Shown: positions 48,901-64,000 of the stretch, in pieces
Layout: each line of letters opens with the position of its first letter
Numbering within the stretch: position 1 is the stretch's first letter
From: the human T2T-CHM13v2.0 reference genome, Homo sapiens
Assembly (NCBI RefSeq): GCF_009914755.1
Contig: NC_060939.1
Direction: 5' to 3' (one strand)
Length of the DNA stretch: 64,000 nt
Program-made: the position numbers and the translations under genes
The notes under the pieces: model-generated
What the model was told of the DNA's origin: nothing
The model's input: only the letters and a program-made list of their open reading frames with translations
The model's database searches: none

Positions 48901-49588
48901 CCAAGCTTCCTTTTCCCTTGGGGCCTCAGTTTTCTCATCCAAAAATGAAGGATTGGACCAAGATATCTCTTTCAGGTCCTCATGCCAACCCCTGTTAGAG
49001 TCTCTGATGCAGGTCAGTGTGTGACATACTGTATCACAGGTATCATATGTTTCATATTGATACATATGAAACATTCCACAGACACACACGGTGGTTTCTG
49101 GGTTTCCTACCGCACAGGGCCCAGCCATGGGTCCAGGCTACTGACATTGATCTGTCACGTGTCAGCCAACTAAATTTTCAAAGACAAAGGAGGACCAGAG
49201 CTTCAGGCAAGGACAGCAGATCTCAGGGACTATCTTCATGGCCAGGAAAATGCTGAACTCTCCAAACACCACAAAAGTATTTCTATAAGAAATGACCTGG
49301 GCATTCATCTTGGCACTCAACTATAAGCCAGCCTGTAAGAGCCTGGAGAGTAAGAGGTGTTATCTTCATAACTCTCACAGGGCCCACCTCAGCACCCGGC
49401 ACAAAACAGGTATTCAGCCAGTGTTTGTAGAAATGATGACCTAAGCTGAAGAACCGGGAAGTGTGATAAAGGGCCTTGTCATCCTTGGCTGGCCCCCAGT
49501 GCAGCAGGAACCCTTCATTGGCAGACTCACTTACAAATAAAACATTCTTGATTGTTTTTGATTAGAAAAAGAAGAATGTTAAAAGAAA

Positions 49589-49625
49589 AGGAAGGAAGGA
49601 AGGAAGGAAGGAAGGAAGGAAGGAA
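49589..49625. repeat. (GGAA)n microsatellite
   Basis: About 9 consecutive GGAA units. Confidence 0.93.
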
Positions 49626-49734
49626 ACGCACAAAAAGGAAGCTAAAAAATGTTCCTTAGTCCTTCCACCTTTCTAAGATAACCATCGTTATCATCTTGGT
49701 GTCTGCCCCTCAGATGTTTTTCAGCACATACTGA

Positions 49735-50473
<739 letters not shown>

Positions 50474-51307
50474 ATTCCTTTTTCTTATTACTTGTAAAAG
50501 CTCTTTATGTATTTGTGATATTTAACCTTTTGTCAAATATGTTGAAAAGATTTTCCCTAACTGATTTTCTTATAGGCCAGAGTGGTTATGGGTTTATTGT
50601 CTAAAGAAGCTATAGGTCTTTCTCAGCATCAGAAGGTGGTAACAAGTTTTTTCCCTTCACTTCGCCTGCCTGTTACTTCAATCACCCAACTGCTGTGTCT
50701 TAGGGCTACTCTGAAGGGAGCAATTCTGTGCCTCAGTGACTCTTGCCATTGCTGGTCACATTGTTGGTCACTCCATGCAGGGTATACCTTCAAACTTACT
50801 GCACGACCCAGGGGACCCACTGCCATCCCTTGTCCCCCTGACCTGGTCCTTTCCTCAAAGTCACTGCACTCTTGCTCCGGGCAATGTCCCTCCTGTTAGC
50901 TGACTAAAGGAAGGCATGGCATTGGAGGGTGAGCAGGTCCTGCTGCAGAGCGTGCCTGGTGCCCCCAGGGTGGGCCACAGCTGTGAGGCAACCAGCACAA
51001 GACCCCTTTAGAGAGGCAAAGCATCTCTCCTGACCCCAAATTATTCAGCATGTGTGTAGTGTCCTTTACAGTAGGACTCACATGTTGGCTTTCTTTCAGA
51101 AATTACCAGAAAGATGTTTGTCTACCTCATTTCAGATAATGAAAATGATGTCATCTATCTTATTTCCTTTTTGTTATCTTGGTACCAAATGACAACAACT
51201 ATGATGACCTAGATGTTGGGTGTATTTCCTCCTTCTTCCTTTGCACCATGGATTCTCAAACTTGGGGGCATATCAGAATCATTTGGGGAGCTGGTTAAAA
51301 ATTCAGG

Positions 51308-51635
51308 CACAGCCAGATGCAGTGGCTCACACCTATAATGCCAGCACTTTGTGAGGCTGAGACAGGAGGATCACTTGAGGCCAGGAGTTGAAGACCAGCC
51401 AGGGCAACACAGTGAGATCCCATCTCTACCCTGCCCCCCAAAATTGTTTTAATTAGCTGGGCATGGTGGCATGTGCCTGTAGTCCCAGCTACTCAGCAGG
51501 CTGAGGTGGGAGGATCATTTCAGCTTAGGAACAAGAGACTGCAGTGAGCTATGATGGTGCCACTGAACTCCAGCCTGACAACAGAGCAAGACCCTGGCTC
51601 TAAACACAAAAATATTAAAAATAAATAAAAATAAA
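51308..51635 (+). repeat. AluJ
   Basis: Diverged dimeric Alu. Confidence 0.82.
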
Positions 51636-52393
51636 TGAGACACCCGGGCCTTATTACACATTTGCTAAATCATACTCTTCTGGAGGGCATCTGGCTTTTG
51701 ATCTTCCACTTTTATGTTTGCTTTCTATGTGCCTCTCATCATAGGTTGCCTCAAATTCTTAACATGCATGAGCAAGAGGAATCATAAGTGGTTCTGTGCT
51801 GCCATCACTGCAGCGTTCACTCCAGGACACGAGCATGGAGAAATACAGTGGGCAGCAGAGCACGCCTTCCAAAACGGAGCTTAGCCCATTTCACAGACGG
51901 CTAAAGGGAGTCCCAAAGTGTGAAAGGCTTTGCCCAAGGGAGGACTACTCAGGCAATCATGTACAGCCGATCCTAATGGCCAAGTTCATTGTAGAGCAAA
52001 AAGCATTTATCACAGGAATGAAATGGTGCCACCCCCATCCCCCTCTGCCCCCACGCTTGCAGGTGGCCTATTCCCTCATCCCCACCCTCAAAAGATTTGG
52101 CTTTAGGTCCACACCCAGCCTTTCTGCCCACAAGCCTGGAGGGCTGGGTGGGGACAGAAGGAACAGGTCCAAGTCCTCTTAGAAGCACATCTTCCTCTAC
52201 ACCTCTCCCATCCAGCCCTACTCCCCAGCAGACACCAGAGCCTCTGTCAGGCAAGCGGCTCAGAGTGCAACTGTGCCATCTCCTCTGTCATCACCACCCC
52301 CAATTAGCAACTCCCAGGTGCCTTCAGGGTTGCCACTCCTGCCCCACTCCTCCAACTCTGCTCTAAGCCATTACAGGCTTTGGCACTGCCTGA

Positions 52394-52820
<427 letters not shown>

Positions 52821-54920
52821 TAAAATGGTCTCTTTCCTCTAGAAAACCCACCCATCAAGTCTCCCACACTAACTGCCTCTAATTGCCCTTGTCCTCACCC
52901 ACATGGCCCACACTGGAGTCAAAGAGGGGCAGAGGTTAACCAGCAGTGCTCTGAGGGCACGGAGGTCTCTGGAAAGGACTCCAAGATAACTCCAGTCCAG
53001 TTCTGTTACAAGGTGGCTGTGAGACCCTGGGCGAGTTTCATCATCAGTGAGACAGGAATGAAAACCGCCTCATAAGCTATGATGATTTCATGCACCGATC
53101 CACACAAGTGCCCACAATGGCATCCAGCACATGGTAAACACCAACAAATAGGATTTTATCCTTGGTGCTCTGGGCTTCAGTTTTCCCACCTGTGAAATGA
53201 AAGTAATACACTTATCTCACAGTCAGTTAAGAAAAAGGAATTTGAGAATTGGGAGAACACAGCACAGAGCCTGACATATCCTTGGTGCTTAGGAAGTGGT
53301 TTCTGATTGATGAAGGATGAAGCAGTCAGACAGTGAGTGTCATGGGTCAGAGCAGACATTCTTACCCATGGGTGCAGGCTGCCCTTCCCTGCCCCTCAGT
53401 ACCCCAGAAAATCACCTCCGTCCTCAGGGAAACAGGCCCACAGAGCAGTCATGGGCTCCCACATGGATGTGGGCTGGCCACACAAGCACATTCCTGCCTT
53501 GAGAGGTGGCAGGTCCAGGCTTTCCCTCTGGGACAGAGGGAGAAGCCAGGTTGTGTCTCAATATATTAGGGCCCAGGAGAGCCAAAGGATGGACTGTCTC
53601 CCTCAGGCTGCCTGCCACCACACTGTTCCTGCAGGCTGGGGACTCTGCAGGGTCTCTCCTGCCAGAGGCTGGGCCTGGCTGGCAAGCCTCCTCTATACAC
53701 AGAGAAGGGTCCCCACATATGCCAGGCTCTCTGGCTCCCTGGGTCTCTGCAGGGTGGACCTATGCCCGGAGGAGACCCAGGGGAATCCCCAGGAAGCCCA
53801 GGCAGGAGCAGCTGAGGTTGCCATGGCCGTAACAGTAGGTGCTTTCCGTGTGCACAGCTTGGCATCCTCCCCCTTGCAGCTCGTCCTGCCCTGCACTGTT
53901 CTGTCTACTTCCCGGAATCTCACCGTGGGCTGTAGTCTCCTGAAAGGAAGGGACAGTGCTGCTTGTTCACTGTTGTGCGTTTGTGCTGGATGAGGATTAA
54001 ATGAATAATGAGTCTTGAGAGCAAGCACCGGGAACACAAAGATGAACAAGATGCAGTGCCCATCCACGGAAGAACCACCAAATATTGGAAGAAGGCAGCT
54101 TCCTCGCAAATCTTCTCTTTCCTAAAGGAAATATTCTATATATTGACTCTCCTGTGCTCTTGGAGGGCAGGGCTGTTTCGTGAAATTTTCTACCTCCCAA
54201 TCCCCCACAAAGTACACAGTAGGCGCTTTGACACAAACTAAACTCAGCTCGGGAGCATGGCACAGACGCTGTGCTGGAAACTCGCCCATTCACTCTTCAG
54301 CAGTCAATCTCTGTTCTGAGAGGAGTTTTCCCATGGATCCCAGAGGCCAGTAAGAAGCAAACTAATTTGGTCAAAATCTCTCTTCCTCTCCAGCCCAGGA
54401 ATGATCTGACCAAGCTGGGGCTGGGGGTCAGGACTATCCATGGGCCAGGCATCAGACCCGAGCCTTTCCAGGGCACGTGGGGACTGGGAGGACAGTTCTG
54501 CCCCCACAGCTGCCAACAGCTGCTTCTCGTGGAACTGCAGGGTCAAACCACAGGGGAGAGGAAGATCATCTCCCCTCCCATCTCATAACTAAGGAAACAC
54601 TCACAGCAGCTTGCCCAAGGTCACAAAGCAGTTCAGTCACACAGCCCAGGACCTCAGGTCCCTTACTTCTATTCCTGTGACTTTCTACAACTGCTAGGAT
54701 TTCCAAACTTGCTCCATCAGTAGGGGTCTTTTCCTTTTCATTATTTTAAAACTTTTTAGCAGAATAATGTACACAAACATGGCTAAGTAAAAATGAGATT
54801 GCATAGAAAGCCTTATAATGCAAACAAGAGTCCCCTGCCCCATTCCTCTCCCACCCTAGCTCTGCTTGCCAGAGGCACCATTTTTAAGTCTTCTTGTATT
54901 TAAGAATGCTTTTTTCCCTG

Positions 54921-55222
54921 CTTTTATTTTTTTATTTTTTTTGAGACAGGGTCTTACTCTGTTGCCCCAGCTGGAGTGCAGAGGCACAATTACAGTTCAC
55001 TGCAGCCTCAAACTCCTCGGCTGAAGCTCTCCTCCTACCTCAGCCTCCTGAGTAGGTAAAACCACAGTCATGCAACCACTATGCCTGGCTAATTTTTATA
55101 TTTTCTGTAGAGATGGGGTTTCGCCATGTTGCCCAGGCTGGTCTCGAACTCCTGGGCTCAAACTCCTGGGGCTCAAACTCCCAAGGTACTAGCATTACAG
55201 GCATGAGCCACCACACCCGATC
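54921..55222 (-). repeat. AluJ
   Basis: Diverged dimeric Alu with an internal AACTCCTGGGCTCA duplication. Confidence 0.82.
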
Positions 55223-55324
55223 AATAACGTTTTCAAATAAGCCTTACATAGATGTTTAATGTACAGAATAGATCAAAGCATCTTTGCTTTGGATGAAAGG
55301 GGGATGATACAAAGCACTTGCCTG

Positions 55325-55343
55325 ACTACTACTACTACTACTA

Positions 55344-55378
<35 letters not shown>
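55325..55378. repeat. Compound microsatellite (ACT)n(AC)n
   Basis: Seen directly in the sequence. Confidence 0.95.
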
Positions 55379-55379
<1 letters not shown>

Positions 55380-56044
55380 CCCCTAGGTCTGCTCCACAGG
55401 ACTTTGTGTAAAAACCACCCCACTACAGCAAACTCCCCCTTATATCACAGCATCCCGCTTTTACTGGGGCCTGCTTGCTATGGGGCAGAAGAAACCTTTC
55501 TCCCTGAACAAATACGTGCACCAAGCATACCTGGACTTTGTCCCCACACCCAGACTCCTGAGATGTCACCATCTACAGCAAAAGAGACCTCTACAAAGCC
55601 TCTGGTTTTCCCTAAAGTATAGGCTCTGAATGGGAGGAGAGAACTAGGGAGGAACCCCTGTGTGTCATGACTCACAAAAATGCAACTAATAGCTGGTTGG
55701 ATCAGTAGCCATGTATTCCTTAACATGACTGAATTAGACTGCTTTCCTACTAGTTGGCAGAATTCAGGTATGCAGGGGGAAAAAAATGAAATTTCAATGT
55801 AATGGAAGAAGGCATGATGCTGGGGGTGGGGAGAACCATGGTAATTAGGGGGAAGGCAGATCAAGATGGCTGCACAGTAGAGGTCTTTGGGGTGCTGGAG
55901 AGCCACATGAGGGCACTCAGAGCCTGGCAAGCTGGGAATAGGTGATGACAAAGTGTCTGATGAGTGTAAAATGAAGGTGGTGGGGGCACCCTCTGACTGC
56001 TTACTCCCCAATCCTTCTCTTCTTCAAAACACTTGAGTCAACAC

Positions 56045-56387
<343 letters not shown>

Positions 56388-56819
56388 TAGTCTGCACTGG
56401 ATTCTGCTGTGCTGCGCCATCAGATGCTGAAGGCAGGCACTGGCTCAATCTGCTGTCTCTAGATCATGGTACAGCCATGCTTCCCCAAGCAGCTTGGCCC
56501 GACAAAGAACAGTTACCGTATGTGATGGTGTAATCTCCTTCCTTCCTCCTCCTACCCCGAGATGGGGCTCAAGCACTCACAATATACATTTTCTCTCTCC
56601 AAAATTCAGAGCAAATACACAGCCTAAGAAGACAACAGCCTCTTCCCACTTGAGGAGGATGGGAAGGAAGTGGGGCTACTAAGCAGTGATCAGAGCTCCC
56701 AAGAAGACCTTTCTGGAAATCTCCCCTTATGGCACAAATAGGTCAGCAGTGTGCCCCCCTCCCCACTCTAGGAGCCCCGGGCTGTACTTCCCCTCCTTTC
56801 CTCTCAATTGCACCCTTAA

Positions 56820-56980
56820 GAACATTGCTCCTAAATGTTGTACCAGCGGCATTGACTCCACCTGGAAGCTTGTCAGAAAAGTGGAATCTTAGATTTCATC
56901 TCAGCACTACTGAATCAGAATGTGTGTGTTAACATAACTCCCAGGTGATCCACATACACATTAAAGTTTGAGAAGTGCTG
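56820..56980. mobile_element. MER5A-like hAT remnant
   Basis: CACCTGGAAGCTTGTCAGAAAAGTGGAATCTTAG...CTACTGAATCAGAA...AAAGTTTGAGAAGTGCTG. Confidence 0.6.
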
Positions 56981-58073
56981 TTTTAGAAAATATTACGGCA
57001 AGGCCCCAATCCACTGCATAACAGAATCCTAGGCACCCCAATATTCATGCCACATTTCCTTTGGTTCTGACCCTCTTTGCTGAAAATTTGCTTTCCTACC
57101 TTGGTAAAGGCAGTATTATGAGCAAACACAAATTAATAAATATCTGTTGAGTGACTCCTTCTGTGAATAAAAGTAGCCCTTGAAGAGCAACTTCATGATT
57201 TGCAAAGTAGTTTCACATGAATCCTCTCATTTTACACTCTCAAATCCTTGGGAGGCTCATGGGGACAGGTATTGCCAACTCCTACTGCAGAAGAGCCAAG
57301 CTCAGGGCCCTGGGGAGAGTGGCACAGTCAACCTCCAAGGTGGCACCTCTGATCCCCATCTGGTGGAAACGTCCCAGCTCAACGCAGATCAACCATAGTG
57401 TTAAGAGGAAAGGATGGACTACTTTAAAACATTTTTATTAACAGAGTTCATCAGAAATTCCTTTTTTTATGTAAGTCTTCTTATTGGAAACACAAATGAG
57501 CTCTACATGCTCTAGCAATAAACAATATATGTCCTTCAATAAAATACGTTTTGAAGATGAACACATTTTTAAAGGTTTTAACAGTTTCTCCTATTGTCCC
57601 TGTGTCTTCCATAGCATCTATCAACATAATTTGTCCATAATAGTAAAAAATATTTCATAATTAATGGATGGATGGATAGATGACCAACTGGAGGACTTGG
57701 CAGAACACATACTAAACTCTCCCAGCTCCAGTTTCCACTTCTGTAAAATGAGGCTAATATCTACCTATGTCAGGCTTCTATGAGGCTCACATAGCAATGC
57801 AAGTGAATATGCTTTGTAAACTGCAAAAGGCCACACACATGCAAGGGATGATAGTATGAACTCCCATCAATCTCACACACAGATACAGTAGGCAGCTATT
57901 TGGTAAGAATTCAGGGGGCCTTTGTGCCCCCAACTCACCCAATAAACTCACTGATATCTCATCTGTAAAGTATCATTCCTTAGAGTCTTGGGTCTTTTAA
58001 ACAAAGAATCGCCTAATTAATGAAACCAGCAGCAGAGGGAGGAGGAGAGAGGGAGGGAGAGAAAGACTGAGAC

Positions 58074-58075
<2 letters not shown>

Positions 58076-58125
<50 letters not shown>

Positions 58126-58130
58126 GTGGG

Positions 58131-58179
<49 letters not shown>

Positions 58180-58187
58180 GTGGGACC
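58076..58187. repeat. Duplicated (TG)n microsatellite unit
   Basis: TG run 58076-58124 + CGTGGGACC, then TG run 58134-58178 + CGTGGGACC. Confidence 0.95.
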
Positions 58188-58729
58188 AGAGGTGGTGGGG
58201 TAGTGTTAAGACTGACTCTTTTATTAATTTACCCAAAGCAGGAATTTGCAGGAATGGGACCTAGGCTTGGAGGCTGAGGAGGGTGGGTGGATGCAATAAG
58301 GCCACAAGATAAGGTGGGGAAGAACTGATCTCAGGGGAGACCCCTTGAGGATAGAATGGACAGACGACCCCCTACTGGCTCTTCTCTTCTAACTCTGAAG
58401 GCTGGACTTCGATCCAGAGCACATCTCTAGATTCTGTCCCTTTTCAGCGGCTGAGTGAGGAAAAACTTGGAATAGCAACACTTGCAAAGGGTGTGAAATT
58501 AATCTGCATTAGTGGGAAGGTTTAGCAATAGCACTCTATCATAGGCAGTGCATTGCTCTGGCAGAGACCTAGACACACTTTGCAGACTGCAAAATCATGT
58601 CCTTACAGGGCATCCAATGCTTCCAGCATCACCAGGATTCGCCTACTTCTTTGCTGACCCATGGTGGCATTACCTGGGTTTAATCAGCTGAGTGATCAAG
58701 AGCAAATCAGTCATCCTGTCTTGGGTCTT

Positions 58730-59099
<370 letters not shown>

Positions 59100-60909
59100 T
59101 AATGTCATCAATATCCATTTGGTGTTCATATTTCCCCCATGTGCCTTAACTTTTTTTTACAGTTTGTTCCATCAAATCAAAACCCAAGGAAGGTCACATA
59201 TTGCAAATGATATGTCTCTTAAGCCTCTTTTAATCTTTAGGTTCTTCTCTCTCTCTCTCTCTCCCTTCCCAGAGCTCCCCTCCATCCCTCCATTTTTCTC
59301 TTTTTCTTATACTTCATTTGTCATAAATACCAGGTCTTTTGACCTATACCATTTCTCACTGTCTGGATTTTATTGGCCACTTCCTGATAGTATTGTTTAC
59401 ATGTTCCTCTGCCCCCTGTATTTCCTGTAAATGAGTAGCTGGATCTAGAGGCTTGATCAGATTCAGGTTTGAGTTTCTTGCAAGACTCCTTCATTGGTGG
59501 TGCTGTGTGTTCCCATCAGGAGGCGCCTAACGTTGGCTATCTCTCTTTGTGATATTACCAGCTTCTGATGATCAATGCCTAGATCCATTAATTCAACAGG
59601 GGGACCCTCACTTTTTAAAAAAATCCTCATCATAATCTATGGCTTGCCTCATGCTGATACCTTTGCCTGGATGGGGCAGCTTGGTTTAGACAAGTGTTCT
59701 GAGGACTTTGAGCACCTTAGTGGGATAGAGACTTTCAGAGACATTACTGCCCCTCTTCAAGGGTGGAGATAGGGGTCTCTGCTAGGCCTCAATGGAAACT
59801 GCTGGCTGGTTTGGTGGGGTCTTTCCCCTCAGCTTGCATAACAATAATTCCACAGTGGGCCCCTTGGTTTGGCAGCGGGCTTTCGCACAGGCTCCAGGGC
59901 ACACCTACAAAAGCACTAAGCACGTGCAGCACCGCTCCTGAGTCATCCAAGGACACAACCCAATGATCCTGTAACTCTGAGAGCCACACCCTCCCTTTCA
60001 GCAGCCACAGGTTGTTCTCTGACCTTACACTCTTGGCTTCAGTGCCAAATCAGTGATGACTTATCTTTCCTTTGAAACGTTAATTCCTTCTACTCCCAGA
60101 GTTCCTTTGAGATGAAGGTTTTCATGAGCTTTCAAAACACTCTCTTACCTAATCCTCCTAGCACTTAAGTAAGGATGAAAGGTGACTAGCCGAGAGACCC
60201 CACTTCCCAAACAGGGAAACTGAGCCCAAAGCTTAACTGATCCACCTGCTGTTGTGCTCTGGCCTCAGGCCCGCACTTCAGGGTGCAAGATTGTGGGTTT
60301 GACAAGACAAAGACATGTCTTCTGAGTGAACCAAATACCCATCCTTGAGTGGTGCTCTGTCCTGTGGTCTCAGGGAAGCCAAGAGGCTCTTCTCAGGACG
60401 GGTATCCAGTTAGCTCAGGGCAAGTCATCCTACCTAGATTTTCCCAAAGAGCAGTAATTTCAAACCCTTTGATTCACTTTCAGGCTCTGTGTGTGAGGTT
60501 GTGTGTTTGATCAAGGGTTTGGTAAGTTCAGCCACCACAGATACTAGATACAAGAGCAGAAACTTACCTTTCCTTGACCTAAGTCATAGATGCCAGCCCA
60601 AGAATATCATGTGCAGTTCCGGAAAGATGTGCAGGTGCTGGAGAAGATGTGGAAAGGGAATGTCTGAAGCAACTCAGAGGGTGGGAAGACAGCCATGTGC
60701 CCTCCCAACATAGGAATGGGCTTATACCAATCTGCCCAGAGTCCCTCATGCCTAAGGCCAACAGCAAATACTGGGAAACAGATAGCCAAGGTAGGGGTGG
60801 GCAGGGGAGGAAAACAAAAAACTGTCTTGCCCACAAAGGAGAAGAAGTAAACACAAAGACTAGATCTGGGAGAAGAACCAGATTCAAACCACATAAAACT
60901 CTGCAACAT

Positions 60910-61218
60910 GGCTGGGCATGGTGGTGCGTGCCTGTAATCCCAGCTACTCAAGAGGCTGAGGTGGGAGGATCACTGGAGACCAGGAGTTCAGGACCAGCCA
61001 GGGCAACATAGTGAGATCCTGTCTCTAAAAAGAAAAAAATTTTTTAATTAGCTAGGCGTGTTGGCACACATTTGTAGTCCTAGCTACTTGGGAGGCTGAG
61101 GTAGAAAGATCACTTGAGCCCAGAAGTTTAAGGCTGCTGCAGTGACCTATGATCGGATTATTGCAATCCAGCCTGGGTGACAGAGCCAGATCCTGACTCA
61201 AAAAAAAAAAAAAAAAAA
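60910..61218 (+). repeat. AluJ
   Basis: Dimeric Alu; flanks AACCACATAAAACTCTGCAACA / ACCCACAGAAAACCCTCTGCAACA. Confidence 0.85.
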
Positions 61219-62219
61219 ACCCACAGAAAACCCTCTGCAACACGTACAAACCCAGCCAGCTCAGCATGGTTCTCCCTATGGCCTCTCCTGGCATCCCATC
61301 ACTCCTGAGAGGGTGTCAGGACCAACCCACACTGAGTGGTCTCCGCTCACCACACTGGTCCATCCAGCTTTCCCAGACCAACCTGATCCTTCCGCCACCA
61401 AAGCAGCACCTGCCACCAAGATGTGTAGCCACCTGAGTTCTGACACATGTAGCTTTTGCCAATTTAACAAAAAACAGTCAGGAGGCAGAATGTCAGCCTT
61501 TACCATCAGAGGCCATAAGCCCCCAGACTGACCAGCCAGGGAGCAAAAATGACTTTTTTCTCCTTATATCATGTCCTGGTCTATACAGTATATGTCAGCC
61601 CTTGGCAACCACCAGCTAAGGACGTACAACATCGTCACCTATATTAGACGCTCAAGAGAAGCAAGGAACTCCCCCAACTCCATTCCCACTTCACCAAAGC
61701 AGGGCAGAAACAACCAAGAAAGACGTCAGAGATCCCCCAGTATACAATAAAACTTGGCAAACCTCATGGAACCATGGAAATAAAAGGAATTTCTTACCGT
61801 CACCTCACTTTATAAATGGGGAAACTGAGGCCTAGCAAAGGAAAGGAACTTGCCCACATCACCTATTCTCCCGGGCAGTGACAGATGCAGGACCAGACAG
61901 GTCTCCTGTCAGGTGGCCCCATTCTCTTCCCTTCTCACCCTGCCTCATGTGTCAGACAACTCATCCTTGGTGCCTGCCAGGGGAAGGCCTGGCAGCTGGA
62001 GGAGGTGAGGCCAAGTACAGATTACATCAATCTAGCAGGTAGCCAAGAAGGAAGTAGACATTATTCTTCCCTCCCACCCATAGGGAGCCCGACTCCAGGA
62101 AGTCACTGAAATGCAGGGAGGCTCAAACCTTAACTCGGAAAAACCTGCATGGGCTGCAGGGGAGAGGATCTAAAGGCAGTGGTGGGCCCACCCTCACTTT
62201 ACTGTGCTTTTTCACTTTA

Positions 62220-62633
<414 letters not shown>

Positions 62634-62929
62634 TAGGAAACCTCTCCTGCCTCCTGATCTCCCAGCCTCAGAGAAAGTCAATGCTGGGAAGGCAGGCACA
62701 GGTCCCCTCCTGGAGGGGGACAGGCTTACTCTGCACAGGAGTTTCCCAAAATCCCCTTGGATAGCTCTGTGATGCTTCTCCTAACAGTTACCTGATGCCT
62801 GCAGTTTGTTTAACTATAAAATTCTGCATAAGGGACTGAGAGTCCGACTTTTTTGGCACATCAAATAGCTTGGAGCATACAACTATGTTTGCTGTGTGCC
62901 ATTTAGCACTAAATGTCAAGACGATACAG

Positions 62930-63380
62930 TCCAAATATTCATCATCTAGTGAATAGATGAACAAAAGGTGGTGTAGCCATACAACTGGATATTATTTGGC
63001 AATTAAAAGGAAAAAAGTACTGATCCATGCTATATCATGGATGGACCTTGAAAATACTATGCTAAGTGAAAGAAGCCAGTCACAAAGGACCGCATGTTGT
63101 ATGATTGCACTTTTACAAAATGTCTAGAACAGGCAAATCCACAGACAGAAGGAAGATTAGTGGTTGCCTAGGGCTAGTGGGTTTGGGAGAAGCAGAGAGT
63201 GACTGCTAATGGGTAAGGGGGTTTTTTGGTAATGAAATGTTCTAAAATTGATGATGATGATGGTCACACAACTCTGAATACATTAAAGCCATTTAATGGC
63301 TTTAATACACTATATGCGAATGTACTAATGGCTTTAGGACACTATAAATGGGTGAATTGTATATAAATTATATCTCTGTT
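62930..63380 (+). mobile_element. Old L1 (L1MB/ME-like) 3' fragment
   Basis: CATGGATGGACCTTGAAAATACTATGCTAAGTGAAAGAAGCCAGTCACAAAGG...GATTAGTGGTTGCCTAGGG signature. Confidence 0.75.
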
Positions 63381-64000
63381 TTTTTAAAAAAGAACCATAA
63401 AAATACTCACATGCTTTCACCAGGTGATATCAACTCTACCCTATATGCAGGTTCTTTATGAAGCACTTTTCATATATTGGCCTCAGACAGTATCTCAACA
63501 CCCTGCACAGTCAGTGCTATCCCCATTATAGAGATCAGGAAGTTGAGACTCACAGAGTTACAGTCACAGAGCCAATTTGCCACAGATCTAGAACTTAAAG
63601 TCAGATTATCTGAGTCCAGGTGCATTGTATTCTGGGAATTTGGCCTCTAGAGAGACTTCAAATGAAAGAACATAGTTTCATAGACAAGAAAAAGCTGGAA
63701 ACAAGCTAAGCATTCTCCACTAAGGAACAGCTTTGGCAATCAGATGTTCTGGATGCAATAGACAATTATATAAACATTAAAATAGCAAGTATGAACATCA
63801 TAAGGGACATGTTTATAAAATAATAAGTGAACATGCACAAATGATATGTATGGTTTGATTCAATTTTTGTATTAGAGAACACAGATGCAAAAGTGCATGA
63901 GGATAACAAATAGTTGAGTGAAACTTTTCCTTTTAAAATTTCCTGTGTTTTAAAAGTAAGAAAATGAGAAGAAACACCTGCATAGACATCCCTAACCAAC

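Noticed and set aside
53333-54588. 218-aa ORF 53337-53993 and its neighbours
   Set aside because: No recognisable motif or exon structure; several frames are open because of the GC content.
58125-58187. CGTGGGAC x2 as paired RBPJ sites
   Set aside because: Mismatch at the last core position of CGTGGGAA, and the direct orientation is unlike the head-to-head paired site.
57997-58277. Poly-(CV) and poly-(HT) ORFs
   Set aside because: Translations of the TG microsatellite.

Overview
Primate (almost certainly human) genomic DNA lying entirely within the DAPK2 (death-associated protein kinase 2) gene on the minus strand. Only two short coding exons are present: 38693-38914 (222 nt) and 26583-26721 (139 nt). 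They splice in frame via canonical AG/GT sites and encode the kinase N-lobe through the HFDLK catalytic loop. The rest is intron dominated by transposable elements. These are a ~14.7 kb nested LINE-1 block (a near full-length old L1MA-type element holding a full-length L1PA5-like element, an L1PB-type 3' fragment and three Alus, with the L1s sense to DAPK2), about 30 Alus or Alu fragments, MaLR and ERV1 LTRs, hAT DNA-transposon remnants, MIR/L2 relics and microsatellites. Nearly all ORFs in the supplied track are repeat-derived or random. I see no support for a genuinely new multi-gene system. The best leads are candidate unannotated or poison cassette exons (46404-46527, 60568-60637, 4368-4427), a PU.1/RUNX motif cluster (45770-45970), the L1 antisense-promoter/ORF0 remnant aimed at the DAPK2 exons, and splicing features of the symmetric 222-nt exon. 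Repeat subfamily names come from recalled consensus sequences, and repeat boundaries are approximate unless target-site duplications (TSDs) are quoted.
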